From: Flavicella sp.
GTDB lineage: Bacteria > Bacteroidota > Bacteroidia > Flavobacteriales > Flavobacteriaceae
Length of the DNA stretch: 64,000 bases
NCBI GenBank assembly: GCA_042091695.1
Contig: JBELHA010000002.1
Span: forward strand, 18,260-82,259
Direction: 5' to 3'
Every line of letters starts with the position of its first letter. The stretch's first letter is position 1. Made by a program: the position numbers and the translations under genes. Shown in pieces: positions 48,701 to 56,899 of this stretch. Below the pieces are notes generated by a model. That model did not search any database. It saw only the letters and a program-made list of their open reading frames with translations, and was not told where the DNA came from.

Positions 48701-49917
48701 TGTCTCCTTATGGAAATAGAATTGATTTGTCTGAATTGTTACTTTTAAATGAAGGAGACAATGGAGCAAACTATACAAATACTGTATTTGATGACGATTC
48801 TGAAACTATTATATTTGATTATGGTCCTTATGGCCCACCGTTTACTGGAACTTTCAAGCCTATTGACGATTTGTCTATCGTAAATGGATTGTCTTCAGAG
48901 GGAACTTGGGAATTGAGAGTCTGGGATCCTGTAGAATACGATTCAGGAAAAATTATTGATTGGTCTATGGAAATATGTGGTGCTGCTGGTGATTTCGATG
49001 CAGATACTATATATGACAATTTTGACAACTGTTACAATGTAATAAATCCAGATCAATTAGATTTCGACAATGACGGTATTGGAGATCTCTGTGACGATGA
49101 TATTGACAATGACGGTGTACCTAATGAATTAGACATGTGTAACAACAGTCCACTAAATACAGTAGTTGATTTAAGAGGTTGTGCTGTGTTTGATATACCT
49201 GTTGAGAATTTTGTAATAAAAACTTTGAGTGAAACTTGTGCTTCGAACAACGATGGTAAAATTGTTTTGACATCTGCTCAAGCATTCGATTTTACTGCAA
49301 CTTTAACAGGCCCATCAACTACTATACTATCTAAAGAATTTACAGATACGCTAACTTTTGATGGTTTAGACTCGGGTGAGTACACACTTTCTTTAACCGA
49401 GAAAAACGAAGAAGGTTATGAATCTCGTTTTACAATTAATATATCCGAACCTCAAGATTTTGTAGTGATTCCAAGTATTGCTAAAAACGCGACTAACCTA
49501 GACCTTGAATTAGAAGGAGGAAGACGTTATTTGATCAATTTAAATGGTCATACATCGATGACAGCAGGTACTTCTATCTCTTTGCCACTAAAAGCTGGTA
49601 CAAACCACTTAAGAGTAACTACAGACAAGGATTGTCAAGGAGTTTTCGAGGAAACTATTGAAATTGATTCTTATTTTAATGTGTCACCTAATCCGATTCC
49701 TAATGGACAAAAACTTCGTATCGAGACGAACCTAAAGGAGCAAACGGAGGCAAATGCATTCTTGTATTCTAGTTTAGGTACATTGGTGCTAGAAGCACCA
49801 CTAAAAGTTGAAAATGGAACCTGTACCCTAGATGTTTCACATTTAGCTACAGGCGTATACATCTTAAACTTACGTACAGAAAATGAATTGAGAACATTTA
49901 AAGTCCTTAAAAATTAA
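45799..49917 (+). CDS. T9SS type A secreted reprolysin-like (M12B-like) zinc metalloprotease with P-domain and thrombospondin type-3-like repeats
   Basis: HEIGHQLGGHH (HEXXHXXGXXH, 46903-46935); Met-turn EPGSGSTIMGY; P-domain GTF.P...L....G.SS.GTWEL; DxDxD repeats at 48991-49140; CTD SPNP...LATGVYIL. Confidence 0.88.
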   Translation: MRFKFNVLIITAVFFCTSSFAQQNYWSKDLSAKTSKGSKASNLDANHFELFKLNLQQFSQSIANTSSRSAKGTSIQKNAFFPDENGLMQEFSLQEVATLSDELATKYPTIKTYLGKSTNGDGTRIRLTVSHLGVNAMITYLNRPSTFLNPKNVGAINDYIVFNKAAKLEEEIPFVCKEIESHLSGEHKHKSEDVYTHESSAHKQNSEQQSLTSHASENNALEGKLVELRIAIAATGEYTKRWSDNVGDRRDDAYAQIVTSVNRLNELYETDLGITFRLISDKSIVFDNPISDPFDSDLNLGADLQELMDATYDSDDYDLGHLYHKDVPNGNAGCIGCVGDNGKASAFSAHSFTGSNFDTDTFDIDYVSHEIGHQLGGHHTWAFAPEGTFNKVQFEPGSGSTIMGYAGITGPDDVQGDSDPYFHYGSIREIKANIGAKVAKFTTFDNPNIAPVVEAGDDYSIPIATPFVLTGAATDENTNDILTYAWEQIDLGVSHADNFSPLKYSGPVFRSHLPTTSNKRYLPNVERVIQNELLESNPILTFDNTSWETLSNFPRSYKFALTVRDRSFDDIASGIGRVSYDSIQVNVIDTDGPFAVKSQASELTMAEGSIHTIKWDVVGTDKAPINVSKVNILLSTDGGYNYDHVLAENVDNDGTHEVFIPVSEAENTTETTNARIKVEAVGNVFYAINQSPLTIEKSDFIFVPDSAINQVCLAEPFKEAVYNFKYIPNDGFSDEVVFDYENRPDGAQIIFDPTSAIEATDVSVIVKLRPSFPTKSYNFDVTATSNIDTSKKYTQNLSLKAYDSEIEPIQLSSPANNTLGVNINTYMTWVTDANVENYFVEVSEDADFTSVVSSGSVSVPPYKAENLVSLETYYWRVSASNECSGTSSVSEVFSFSVQNIACNVFKTDVDPIPIPDRVIEFFIGDHAVTADVGSPQTISEKDAVIIEDLNVTVNIEHTESTDLYIMLVSPYGNRIDLSELLLLNEGDNGANYTNTVFDDDSETIIFDYGPYGPPFTGTFKPIDDLSIVNGLSSEGTWELRVWDPVEYDSGKIIDWSMEICGAAGDFDADTIYDNFDNCYNVINPDQLDFDNDGIGDLCDDDIDNDGVPNELDMCNNSPLNTVVDLRGCAVFDIPVENFVIKTLSETCASNNDGKIVLTSAQAFDFTATLTGPSTTILSKEFTDTLTFDGLDSGEYTLSLTEKNEEGYESRFTINISEPQDFVVIPSIAKNATNLDLELEGGRRYLINLNGHTSMTAGTSISLPLKAGTNHLRVTTDKDCQGVFEETIEIDSYFNVSPNPIPNGQKLRIETNLKEQTEANAFLYSSLGTLVLEAPLKVENGTCTLDVSHLATGVYILNLRTENELRTFKVLKN

Positions 49918-49921
49918 AAAC

Positions 49922-50911
49922 ATGAAAAAAATATTTTTATTATTTTGTTTTTTCGCAGTTATTTCCTGTGGAAGTGATGGTCCAGAACAACCAATAACAG
50001 GAGGAAATAACCTCTCGGAGGTTAAGAACCTACAAATTATAGAGCTGACTCAAAATTCAGTTTCTTTCAGCTGGGAGGCTCCGACAGATGTAGAAAACGT
50101 CTCCTATTATGAAGTTTATTTGGACGCTGTATTACAAGAGTCTATTACTAATTTGACCTATACTTTTGAAAATTTGTCATCAAATACGGCATATACTTTC
50201 AAAATAATTCCAGTAGACCTACAAGATAGCGAAGGGAAGGAAAGAGAGATTACTTTTACAACCATGGAAGGTTCAGGTCCAATCAGTGACAAAATGACGA
50301 ATCTTACCTATCCTTTGAACAATGAAAGTTGTAACGAAGGGGTAACGAATGCTGATGATGCTTCGAAATCTGATATTACGTTTGAGTGGGAATCTAGTGC
50401 AGATGCAATATCTTATGAGTTAGTTTTAAATGATGTGACAAATAAAACAATTCAAAGGTATACAAGTACTGAGAAAAGTTTAGCTGCTACAATTTATAAA
50501 GGGGCCACGTATTCGTGGTTTATCATTACTAGCTTTACTTCGCAAGATAACACAGGCGCAACCACAACCACTACCGAGGTCAGTGATACTCACTATTTTT
50601 ATAGTTTGGGTGAGGCATTTGAATCTTATGTTCCATATCCATCACGTCTTACTTCTCCTGCAAACTCCTCTGTCCTTAAGAATAAGGAAACAGTACAGTT
50701 GAGTTGGAGTGGTTCACATCCTGATGGTGACATTGTATCCTATGAAGTTTATTTTGGTACTTCTACAGTACCTGAATTATACGAGACGACATCGTCTCAA
50801 ACTCTTACAGTTTCTTTGGAGCCAAATACGACTTATTATTGGAGTATTGTAGCAATCGATGCAAACGGGAACTCTTCAACTTCTCAGTTGTTTGGTTTTA
50901 TATCGGAGTAA
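49922..50911 (+). CDS. Fibronectin type III / SusE-like lipoprotein
   Basis: Lipobox AVISC; Fn3 motif LSSNTAYTFKI; LEPNTTYYWSIVAID. Confidence 0.75.
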   Translation: MKKIFLLFCFFAVISCGSDGPEQPITGGNNLSEVKNLQIIELTQNSVSFSWEAPTDVENVSYYEVYLDAVLQESITNLTYTFENLSSNTAYTFKIIPVDLQDSEGKEREITFTTMEGSGPISDKMTNLTYPLNNESCNEGVTNADDASKSDITFEWESSADAISYELVLNDVTNKTIQRYTSTEKSLAATIYKGATYSWFIITSFTSQDNTGATTTTTEVSDTHYFYSLGEAFESYVPYPSRLTSPANSSVLKNKETVQLSWSGSHPDGDIVSYEVYFGTSTVPELYETTSSQTLTVSLEPNTTYYWSIVAIDANGNSSTSQLFGFISE

Positions 50912-50930
50912 GCATACGTAATAAAGTAAC

Positions 50931-50962
50931 AAAAAGAGGTTCTTCACAGGACCTCTTTTTTT
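50931..50962 (+). terminator. Rho-independent terminator closing the T9SS module
   Basis: AAAAAGAGGT...ACCTCTTTTT followed by T tail. Confidence 0.85.
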
Positions 50963-50989
50963 GTACCCTGAAGAATCTATTAAATTTAT

Positions 50990-51034
50990 TAACATTTACA
51001 TAACATAGCAGCCTTGATTAATTAGGATATTTGC
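50990..51034 (+). promoter_or_regulatory. Putative Pho-box-type promoter of the phosphate transporter
   Basis: Perfect TAACA-N6-TAACA (50990, 51001); GATATTTGC starts 25 bp after the last core. Confidence 0.7.
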
Positions 51035-51067
51035 AATCAATTTAAATGTGTCAATTCTTTTTGATCT

Positions 51068-53341
51068 ATGGATAATATTTATGTTTTAATGATTGTAGCA
51101 CTGGCGCTCTTAGCCATTGCTGACTTGATAGTAGGGGTGAGTAACGATGCTGTGAATTTTTTAAATTCTGCCATTGGTTCCAAAGCAATATCTTTCAAAA
51201 CAATTATGATTGTTGCAAGTATTGGAGTTCTTGTTGGTGCCGTTTTTTCAAGTGGAATGATGGAAGTAGCTAGAAAAGGTATTTTCAATCCAAACGAATT
51301 CTACTTCAACGAAATTATGATTATTTTTATGGCAGTAATGATTACAGACATACTACTGCTCGATTTTTTCAACACCATTGGAATGCCAACTTCCACAACC
51401 GTTTCCATAGTTTTTGAATTGTTAGGAGCGGCTGTAGCTATGGCTTTGATAAAAATATACAATACTTCTGGTTCTAATGATATAAATACGCTTGTAAACT
51501 ATATAAATACAGAGCAAGCCACCAAGATTATTTTTGGTATTGTACTCTCTGTATTGGTTGCCTTTTCAATAGGCGCCCTTGTTCAATGGGTGGCTCGTTT
51601 ATTATTGTCCTACAATGTGGAGTCAAAAGCCTCTTGGATTGGAGCTCTTTTTGGTGGGGTAGCATTGACAGCGATTACTTACTTTATTTTTATGAAAGGT
51701 TTGAAAGGTACCAACTATGCCAACCAACCTTTTGAAGTACTCGGAGGAACCATCAAAGACTTTTTAGAGAAAAATGTATTGATGATTGTTGTAGTAAGTT
51801 CTGTTATTTGGTCTTTGGTATCTTATACCTTGATAGAATTTTTTAAAGTAAATATATATAGAATAGTTATTGTTGTCGGAACCTTCGCCTTGGCATTGGC
51901 TTTTGCTGGAAACGATCTTGTAAACTTTATAGGTGTACCTATTGCTGCTTGGGAATCTTATTTGGCTTGGACTGCCTCTGGTATTCCTGCAGAGGAATTT
52001 AGCATGGCTATCCTATCAAAAAAGGTACCTACAAACAATGTATTGCTTGTCTTTGCTGGAATTGTCATGGTTGCTACCTTATGGTTTTCATCAAAAGCTA
52101 AAAATGTTGTAAAAACATCTATCGATTTGTCTAGTCAATCAGCTACCAAAGAACGTTTTCAGCCAAACTTTTTATCAAGAGGTTTTGTGCGATTTGCAAT
52201 GTTGACATCTCAAGGTTTTTCTTATTTATTGCCAACTACTTTAAAATCTAAAATAGACAAACAGTTTACAACACCTGTGATCGCTTTGTCCAAAGAGAAA
52301 GTTCACGAACTACCTGCCTTTGATATGGTAAGAGCAGCAGTAAACTTAATGGTTGCTGCAGTTTTAATATCGATTGCAACTTCTCACAAATTGCCTTTAT
52401 CTACGACCTATGTTACTTTTATGGTGGCTATGGGAACTTCTCTTGCGGATCGTGCTTGGGGAGCGGAAAGTGCTGTGTATAGAGTTGCAGGGGTGTTGAG
52501 CGTGATTGGAGGATGGTTTTTTACTGCCTTTACTGCTTTTACTGCAGCTGCATTTGTAGCTTTTTTACTGAGTTTGAATCTTGAACTTATGTTCCCTTTG
52601 TTGCTTTTATTAGCGATCGCCCTTTTGTATAGAAATTTTATAGCACACAAGAAAAAAGCACTGGAAGAAAAAGTAGAAGACAGCTTGAGTAAAGCAGAAA
52701 GTACTTCTGTACAGGGTGTGATTCAGGAAAGTGCTGCAACCATTGCTTCTGTATTGAAAAGAGGAAATAAAATCTATTCAAATGCAATCAAAGGTTTGGC
52801 AAAACAAGATTTAGTCCTTTTGAAAAAGAACAAAAAAAGCGTTGAGAAACTAGCGACTGAAATAGATGAATTACGGGATAATATTTTTTACTTTATCAAA
52901 AATCTTGACGACTCTAGTTTGACCGCAAGTAATTTTTATATCAATATTTTGAGTTTGTTACAAGACATGACGCAATCGTTAGACTTTATTGTAAAAGCGA
53001 CTAATAAACACGTCAATAATAATCATAAGAATTTAAAAATCAGTCAGATCAAGGAATTGCGCGAAGTGGAAGACCTATTGGCTGTAATGTTGGATGATTC
53101 TCAAGAAGCTTTTAACAATATTTCTATTGAAAGTATTGCAGATATATTGAATAATAAAGAAATTTTCACAGTATTGTCTGAAAAAATCCAAAAACAAATT
53201 GAACGTACGCGTACCGATGAAAGCAGTCCAAAGAATACAACCTTGTATTTCGGGTTACTTTTAGAAACCAAAGATTTGGTGACCAGTGCCATGAATTTAT
53301 TACAAGAATATTACGGTGCCAATCAAACGACTAAAATATAA
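51068..53341 (+). CDS. Inorganic phosphate transporter (PiT/PHO4 family) with C-terminal PhoU-like helical domain
   Basis: PiT signatures GVSNDAVNF and AGNDLVNF; GMPTSTT and KLPLSTT; about 200-aa soluble helical C-terminus (KELREV...SPKNTTLYF.LLLE). Confidence 0.88.
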   Translation: MDNIYVLMIVALALLAIADLIVGVSNDAVNFLNSAIGSKAISFKTIMIVASIGVLVGAVFSSGMMEVARKGIFNPNEFYFNEIMIIFMAVMITDILLLDFFNTIGMPTSTTVSIVFELLGAAVAMALIKIYNTSGSNDINTLVNYINTEQATKIIFGIVLSVLVAFSIGALVQWVARLLLSYNVESKASWIGALFGGVALTAITYFIFMKGLKGTNYANQPFEVLGGTIKDFLEKNVLMIVVVSSVIWSLVSYTLIEFFKVNIYRIVIVVGTFALALAFAGNDLVNFIGVPIAAWESYLAWTASGIPAEEFSMAILSKKVPTNNVLLVFAGIVMVATLWFSSKAKNVVKTSIDLSSQSATKERFQPNFLSRGFVRFAMLTSQGFSYLLPTTLKSKIDKQFTTPVIALSKEKVHELPAFDMVRAAVNLMVAAVLISIATSHKLPLSTTYVTFMVAMGTSLADRAWGAESAVYRVAGVLSVIGGWFFTAFTAFTAAAFVAFLLSLNLELMFPLLLLLAIALLYRNFIAHKKKALEEKVEDSLSKAESTSVQGVIQESAATIASVLKRGNKIYSNAIKGLAKQDLVLLKKNKKSVEKLATEIDELRDNIFYFIKNLDDSSLTASNFYINILSLLQDMTQSLDFIVKATNKHVNNNHKNLKISQIKELREVEDLLAVMLDDSQEAFNNISIESIADILNNKEIFTVLSEKIQKQIERTRTDESSPKNTTLYFGLLLETKDLVTSAMNLLQEYYGANQTTKI

Positions 53342-53363
53342 ATACGCCTTTATATTACTGCTT

Positions 53364-53397
53364 ACAAAGCCTATGATATCTTCATAGGCTTTGTTGT
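53364..53397 (+). terminator. Hairpin / probable terminator after the transporter
   Basis: ACAAAGCCTATGA-TATCT-TCATAGGCTTTGT; short T tail. Confidence 0.7.
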
Positions 53398-53421
53398 ATC
53401 TTTACAGTATATATTTTTGAT

Positions 53422-54153
53422 ATGAACCTACCCATAGCCAAAGAAAATATCCTTTTTTTAGATATTGAATCCGTACCAGAATTTGCACATTTTGACGCGT
53501 TGTCTCCAACGATGCAAGAGCTATTTGCTATAAAAACAAGTTACCAAAGAAACACAAAAGGTGGTGATGAGATTCCTGTAGAAGAATTCTATGAAAAAGC
53601 AGGTATTTGGGCAGAATTTGGAAAGATTATTTGTATTTCTGTAGGCTTTTTTGTCAAAAGTAAAACTGAGCGTTCTTTTAGAACAAAGTCTTTTTATGGA
53701 ACAGATGAGGCGCAAATACTATTAGAATTTAAATCTCTGTTGGAGGGACATTTTAGTGCTTTAAAATATATGTTATGTGGTCATAATGCCAAAGAATTTG
53801 ATTTCCCATTCATAGCTAGAAGGATGATTGTACATCAGATTTCACTTCCAGAAAAATTGAATCTTTTTGGTAAAAAACCATGGGAAATTCCTCATTTGGA
53901 TACCATGGAGCTTTGGAAATTTGGTGATTACAAACACTATACATCGTTGCAGCTTTTATCCGAAATTTTGAAAATACCATCCCCTAAAGACGATATTGAT
54001 GGCTCACAAGTAGGAACTATTTATTACAAAGAAAAAAATCTACAAAGAATTGCTGATTATTGTGAAAAAGATACCGTGTCAGTTGCGCAATTGTATTTGA
54101 GATACAATAACGAGCCTCTTTTAACTACTGAAGAACTAGTGCGTGCGATCTAA
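53422..54153 (+). CDS. DEDD 3'-5' exonuclease (DnaQ/PolB-exonuclease-like)
   Basis: FLDIE (ExoI); GHNAKEFDFPFI (ExoII); HLDTMELW; YCEKD (ExoIII). Confidence 0.88.
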   Translation: MNLPIAKENILFLDIESVPEFAHFDALSPTMQELFAIKTSYQRNTKGGDEIPVEEFYEKAGIWAEFGKIICISVGFFVKSKTERSFRTKSFYGTDEAQILLEFKSLLEGHFSALKYMLCGHNAKEFDFPFIARRMIVHQISLPEKLNLFGKKPWEIPHLDTMELWKFGDYKHYTSLQLLSEILKIPSPKDDIDGSQVGTIYYKEKNLQRIADYCEKDTVSVAQLYLRYNNEPLLTTEELVRAI

Positions 54154-54171
54154 ATTTTAGTTGTATTTTTA

Positions 54172-54540
54172 ATGACACGTATGTCTGAAAAATCTTTTTT
54201 TGAAAAATGTTATGAGGTCGCCCGAAAAATACCCTTCGGTAGAGTGACAAGTTATGGTGCTATTGCTCGTTATTTGGGAGCTGCTCGTTCTGCAAGAATG
54301 GTAGGCTGGGCAATGAATGCATCTCACATTTACGAAGATATCCCTGCACACCGTGTTGTCAATCGCAACGGTTTATTGACAGGAAAACACCATTTTGATG
54401 GTACCAATTTAATGCAGCAATTGTTAGAAAGTGAGGGGCTAAAGATACAAAAGAATCAGATCGTTGACCTTTCCAATTATTTTTGGGATCCATCCCTAGA
54501 ATTGGATCCTCTTGTTGAATTGGATGAAGACAATACCTGA
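54172..54540 (+). CDS. MGMT-family alkyltransferase-like protein (ATL)
   Basis: IPFGRVTSYG.IA; AR.VGWAM; PAHRVVN in place of PCHRV. Confidence 0.88.
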   Translation: MTRMSEKSFFEKCYEVARKIPFGRVTSYGAIARYLGAARSARMVGWAMNASHIYEDIPAHRVVNRNGLLTGKHHFDGTNLMQQLLESEGLKIQKNQIVDLSNYFWDPSLELDPLVELDEDNT

Positions 54541-54587
54541 GAATTACGATCTATTATTTTCTGTTCTAAAATTCCAAATTTTACACC

Positions 54588-54595
54588 TATCTTTG
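54588..54595 (+). promoter_or_regulatory. -7 promoter element for mrp-nfu
   Basis: TATCTTTG, ending 20 nt before the ATG. Confidence 0.6.
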
Positions 54596-54615
54596 CAGTA
54601 TAAATATATTATTTG

Positions 54616-55752
54616 ATGCGTATCCGAAAAGAAGAAATAGTAAAAGCACTTGAGCAAATAACGGCTCCCGGAGAAGGTAAGAGTTTGGTTGAAAATAACA
54701 ATCTCAAAAACGTTGTTGTATTTGGAGACGAGGTAGTTGTTGACGTTGCGATTGGTAATCCAACTTTACAGGCGAAAAAGAAGATTGAGGCAGAAATCAC
54801 TAAAGTGATCTTAGCCAACGTTAGTGATAAAGCAACTGTAAAAGTAAACGTAACTACACAGGTCAAAAAAGAGACCGCTAAAAATCCAAACGAAATCAAA
54901 GGAGATAAGTTGGCAGGTGTTCAAAATATCATCGCGATTGCATCTGGTAAAGGAGGTGTAGGAAAATCAACCATTACAGCCAATACAGCAATTTCACTCG
55001 CCAAAATGGGTTTTAAAGTGGGGGTTCTCGATGCAGACGTATACGGTCCATCCATGCATTTAATGTTTGACGTGGCACTTGAAAAACCAACATCTGTTAC
55101 TATAGAGGGACGTTCAAAAATGAAACCTGTTGAAAATTATGGGGTCAAACTATTGTCTTTAGGGTTTTTTACCAACCCAAATGAAGCTGTAATATGGAGA
55201 GGGCCAATGGCATCCAAAGCTTTGAATCAAATGATATTTGATGCGGATTGGGGAGAATTGGATTTCTTATTGATTGATTTGCCTCCTGGAACAGGAGATA
55301 TTCACTTGTCTATTGTACAAGCACTTCCAATAACGGGTGCTGTAATAGTTAGTACGCCACAAAATATAGCATTGGCAGATGCTAAAAAAGGTGTAGCGAT
55401 GTTCCAACAAAAAAATATAAACGTTCCAGTATTGGGGATTGTTGAAAATATGAGTTACTTTACACCTGCCGAGCTTCCTGACAATAAATACTATATTTTT
55501 GGACAGGATGGTGCGAAATCATTGGCAGATGATATTTCAACATCATTTTTAGGAGAAATTCCTTTGGTACAAAGTGTTAGAGAAGCTGGAGATGTAGGTC
55601 GTCCAGTTGCCATGCAAGAACATACTCCTTTAGAAGCTGCTTTTACTGATATAACTAAGAATATGCTGACACAGTTGTTGCGTCGTAACACTGAGTTGCC
55701 AGAGACCGAAGTAGTAAAAATAACGACGATGAGTGGTTGTTCCACAAAATAA
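54616..55752 (+). CDS. mrp: Mrp/NBP35 (ApbC) iron-sulfur cluster carrier ATPase
   Basis: N-terminal FeS_assembly_P-like domain; SGKGGVGKST; DADVYGPS; VIWRGPM; DLPPGTGD; GIVENMS. Confidence 0.93.
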   Translation: MRIRKEEIVKALEQITAPGEGKSLVENNNLKNVVVFGDEVVVDVAIGNPTLQAKKKIEAEITKVILANVSDKATVKVNVTTQVKKETAKNPNEIKGDKLAGVQNIIAIASGKGGVGKSTITANTAISLAKMGFKVGVLDADVYGPSMHLMFDVALEKPTSVTIEGRSKMKPVENYGVKLLSLGFFTNPNEAVIWRGPMASKALNQMIFDADWGELDFLLIDLPPGTGDIHLSIVQALPITGAVIVSTPQNIALADAKKGVAMFQQKNINVPVLGIVENMSYFTPAELPDNKYYIFGQDGAKSLADDISTSFLGEIPLVQSVREAGDVGRPVAMQEHTPLEAAFTDITKNMLTQLLRRNTELPETEVVKITTMSGCSTK

Positions 55753-55793
55753 AAAGATTAGATACAATAACATTGTGTTAAAATTAGATAGAT

Positions 55794-56039
55794 ATGGAAA
55801 ATATTGACTTGACAAATACGGTAGAAAAAGCATTGGAGGAGATTCGCCCTTTTTTGATTTCAGATGGAGGAAATATATCTCTTGTCTCTATTGAAGAGAA
55901 TATTGTGAAAGTAAAGCTCGAAGGAGCTTGTGTAGGTTGTTCTATCAATCAAATGACATTGCGTAATGGAGTAGAAGCTTCTATAAAAAAATACGCACCT
56001 CAAATTGAAAAAGTTATCGATATTAGCAGCATACTTTAA
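55794..56039 (+). CDS. NifU/NfuA-like Fe-S scaffold/carrier
   Basis: L.EIRPFL..DGG.I; GACVGC CxxC motif; TL..GVE. Confidence 0.92.
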   Translation: MENIDLTNTVEKALEEIRPFLISDGGNISLVSIEENIVKVKLEGACVGCSINQMTLRNGVEASIKKYAPQIEKVIDISSIL

Positions 56040-56081
56040 ATTATGGCATTGTAATTGTTTGTGTAAAAGAAATTTCAGCGT

Positions 56082-56846
56082 ATGAAAACATTTTATTTCT
56101 TTCTTTTTACAATGGTTACATTGACAATCAATGCTCAAAATTTCAACAGTGACTCCTTGGGCACTGCTTACCAAGACAACGAGTTCTTAAAGTATCGCAT
56201 CCACTATGGGATTATAAATGCTGGGTATGCTACCTTGAACGTACACGAAGTAGCCAAAGACAGCGTTTTTCATTTTGTCGGTAAAGGATGGACCGTTGGA
56301 ATGTCGAATTGGTTTTTTAAAGTGCGTGATCGTTATGAGTCTTTTATAGATACAAAAACCCAATTACCAACTCACTTTGTTCGTGATATTGACGAGGGAG
56401 GCTACAAAATAAATAGAGATATTTATTTTGACCAAGACAACAATCAAGTAACCGTAAAAGACCATAAAAAAGATACGGTATATAAAGTGAAAGCTTTCAA
56501 AGTACACGACATGATTTCTGGTTTCTATTCTTTGAGAAACCATCCTATAGACTCCCTAAAAGTTGGCGAAAGTATTTCTATAGATATGTTTTTTGATGGT
56601 GAAACCAATCCATTCAAACTAGTGTATTTAGGGGAAGATATATTAAAAACCAAATTTGGAAAAATCCCTTGTTTTAAATTACGTCCCATGGTGCAGTCAG
56701 GAAGGGTTTTTAAAGAAAAGGAAAGTGTAACTTTGTGGGTGACTTCCGATAAAAACAGAATCCCACTTCGCATCAAAGCAGATCTAGCTGTTGGTTCTTT
56801 AAAGGTGGATTTGACAAGTTATAGTGGTTTAACGCATTCTTTTTAA
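56082..56846 (+). CDS. DUF3108-domain exported protein
   Basis: Signal peptide; E.LKY.IHYG..NAG.ATL; FFKVRD.YES; W.T.D.NRIP..I.A.L.VG. Confidence 0.8.
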   Translation: MKTFYFFLFTMVTLTINAQNFNSDSLGTAYQDNEFLKYRIHYGIINAGYATLNVHEVAKDSVFHFVGKGWTVGMSNWFFKVRDRYESFIDTKTQLPTHFVRDIDEGGYKINRDIYFDQDNNQVTVKDHKKDTVYKVKAFKVHDMISGFYSLRNHPIDSLKVGESISIDMFFDGETNPFKLVYLGEDILKTKFGKIPCFKLRPMVQSGRVFKEKESVTLWVTSDKNRIPLRIKADLAVGSLKVDLTSYSGLTHSF

Positions 56847-56899
56847 GCATTTTTGAAGAAAAATCGTAAATTCGCGTTTTTACTCTTAAGAATTTACTT

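Noticed and set aside
48991-49140. Asp-rich DxDxDG repeats in the metalloprotease
   Set aside because: Ordinary thrombospondin type-3-like Ca-binding repeats, common in Bacteroidota secreted proteins.
40620-50990. T9SS module considered as a mobile element
   Set aside because: No integrase, transposase, tRNA target or convincing target-site duplication; kept only as a probable insertion or variable block.
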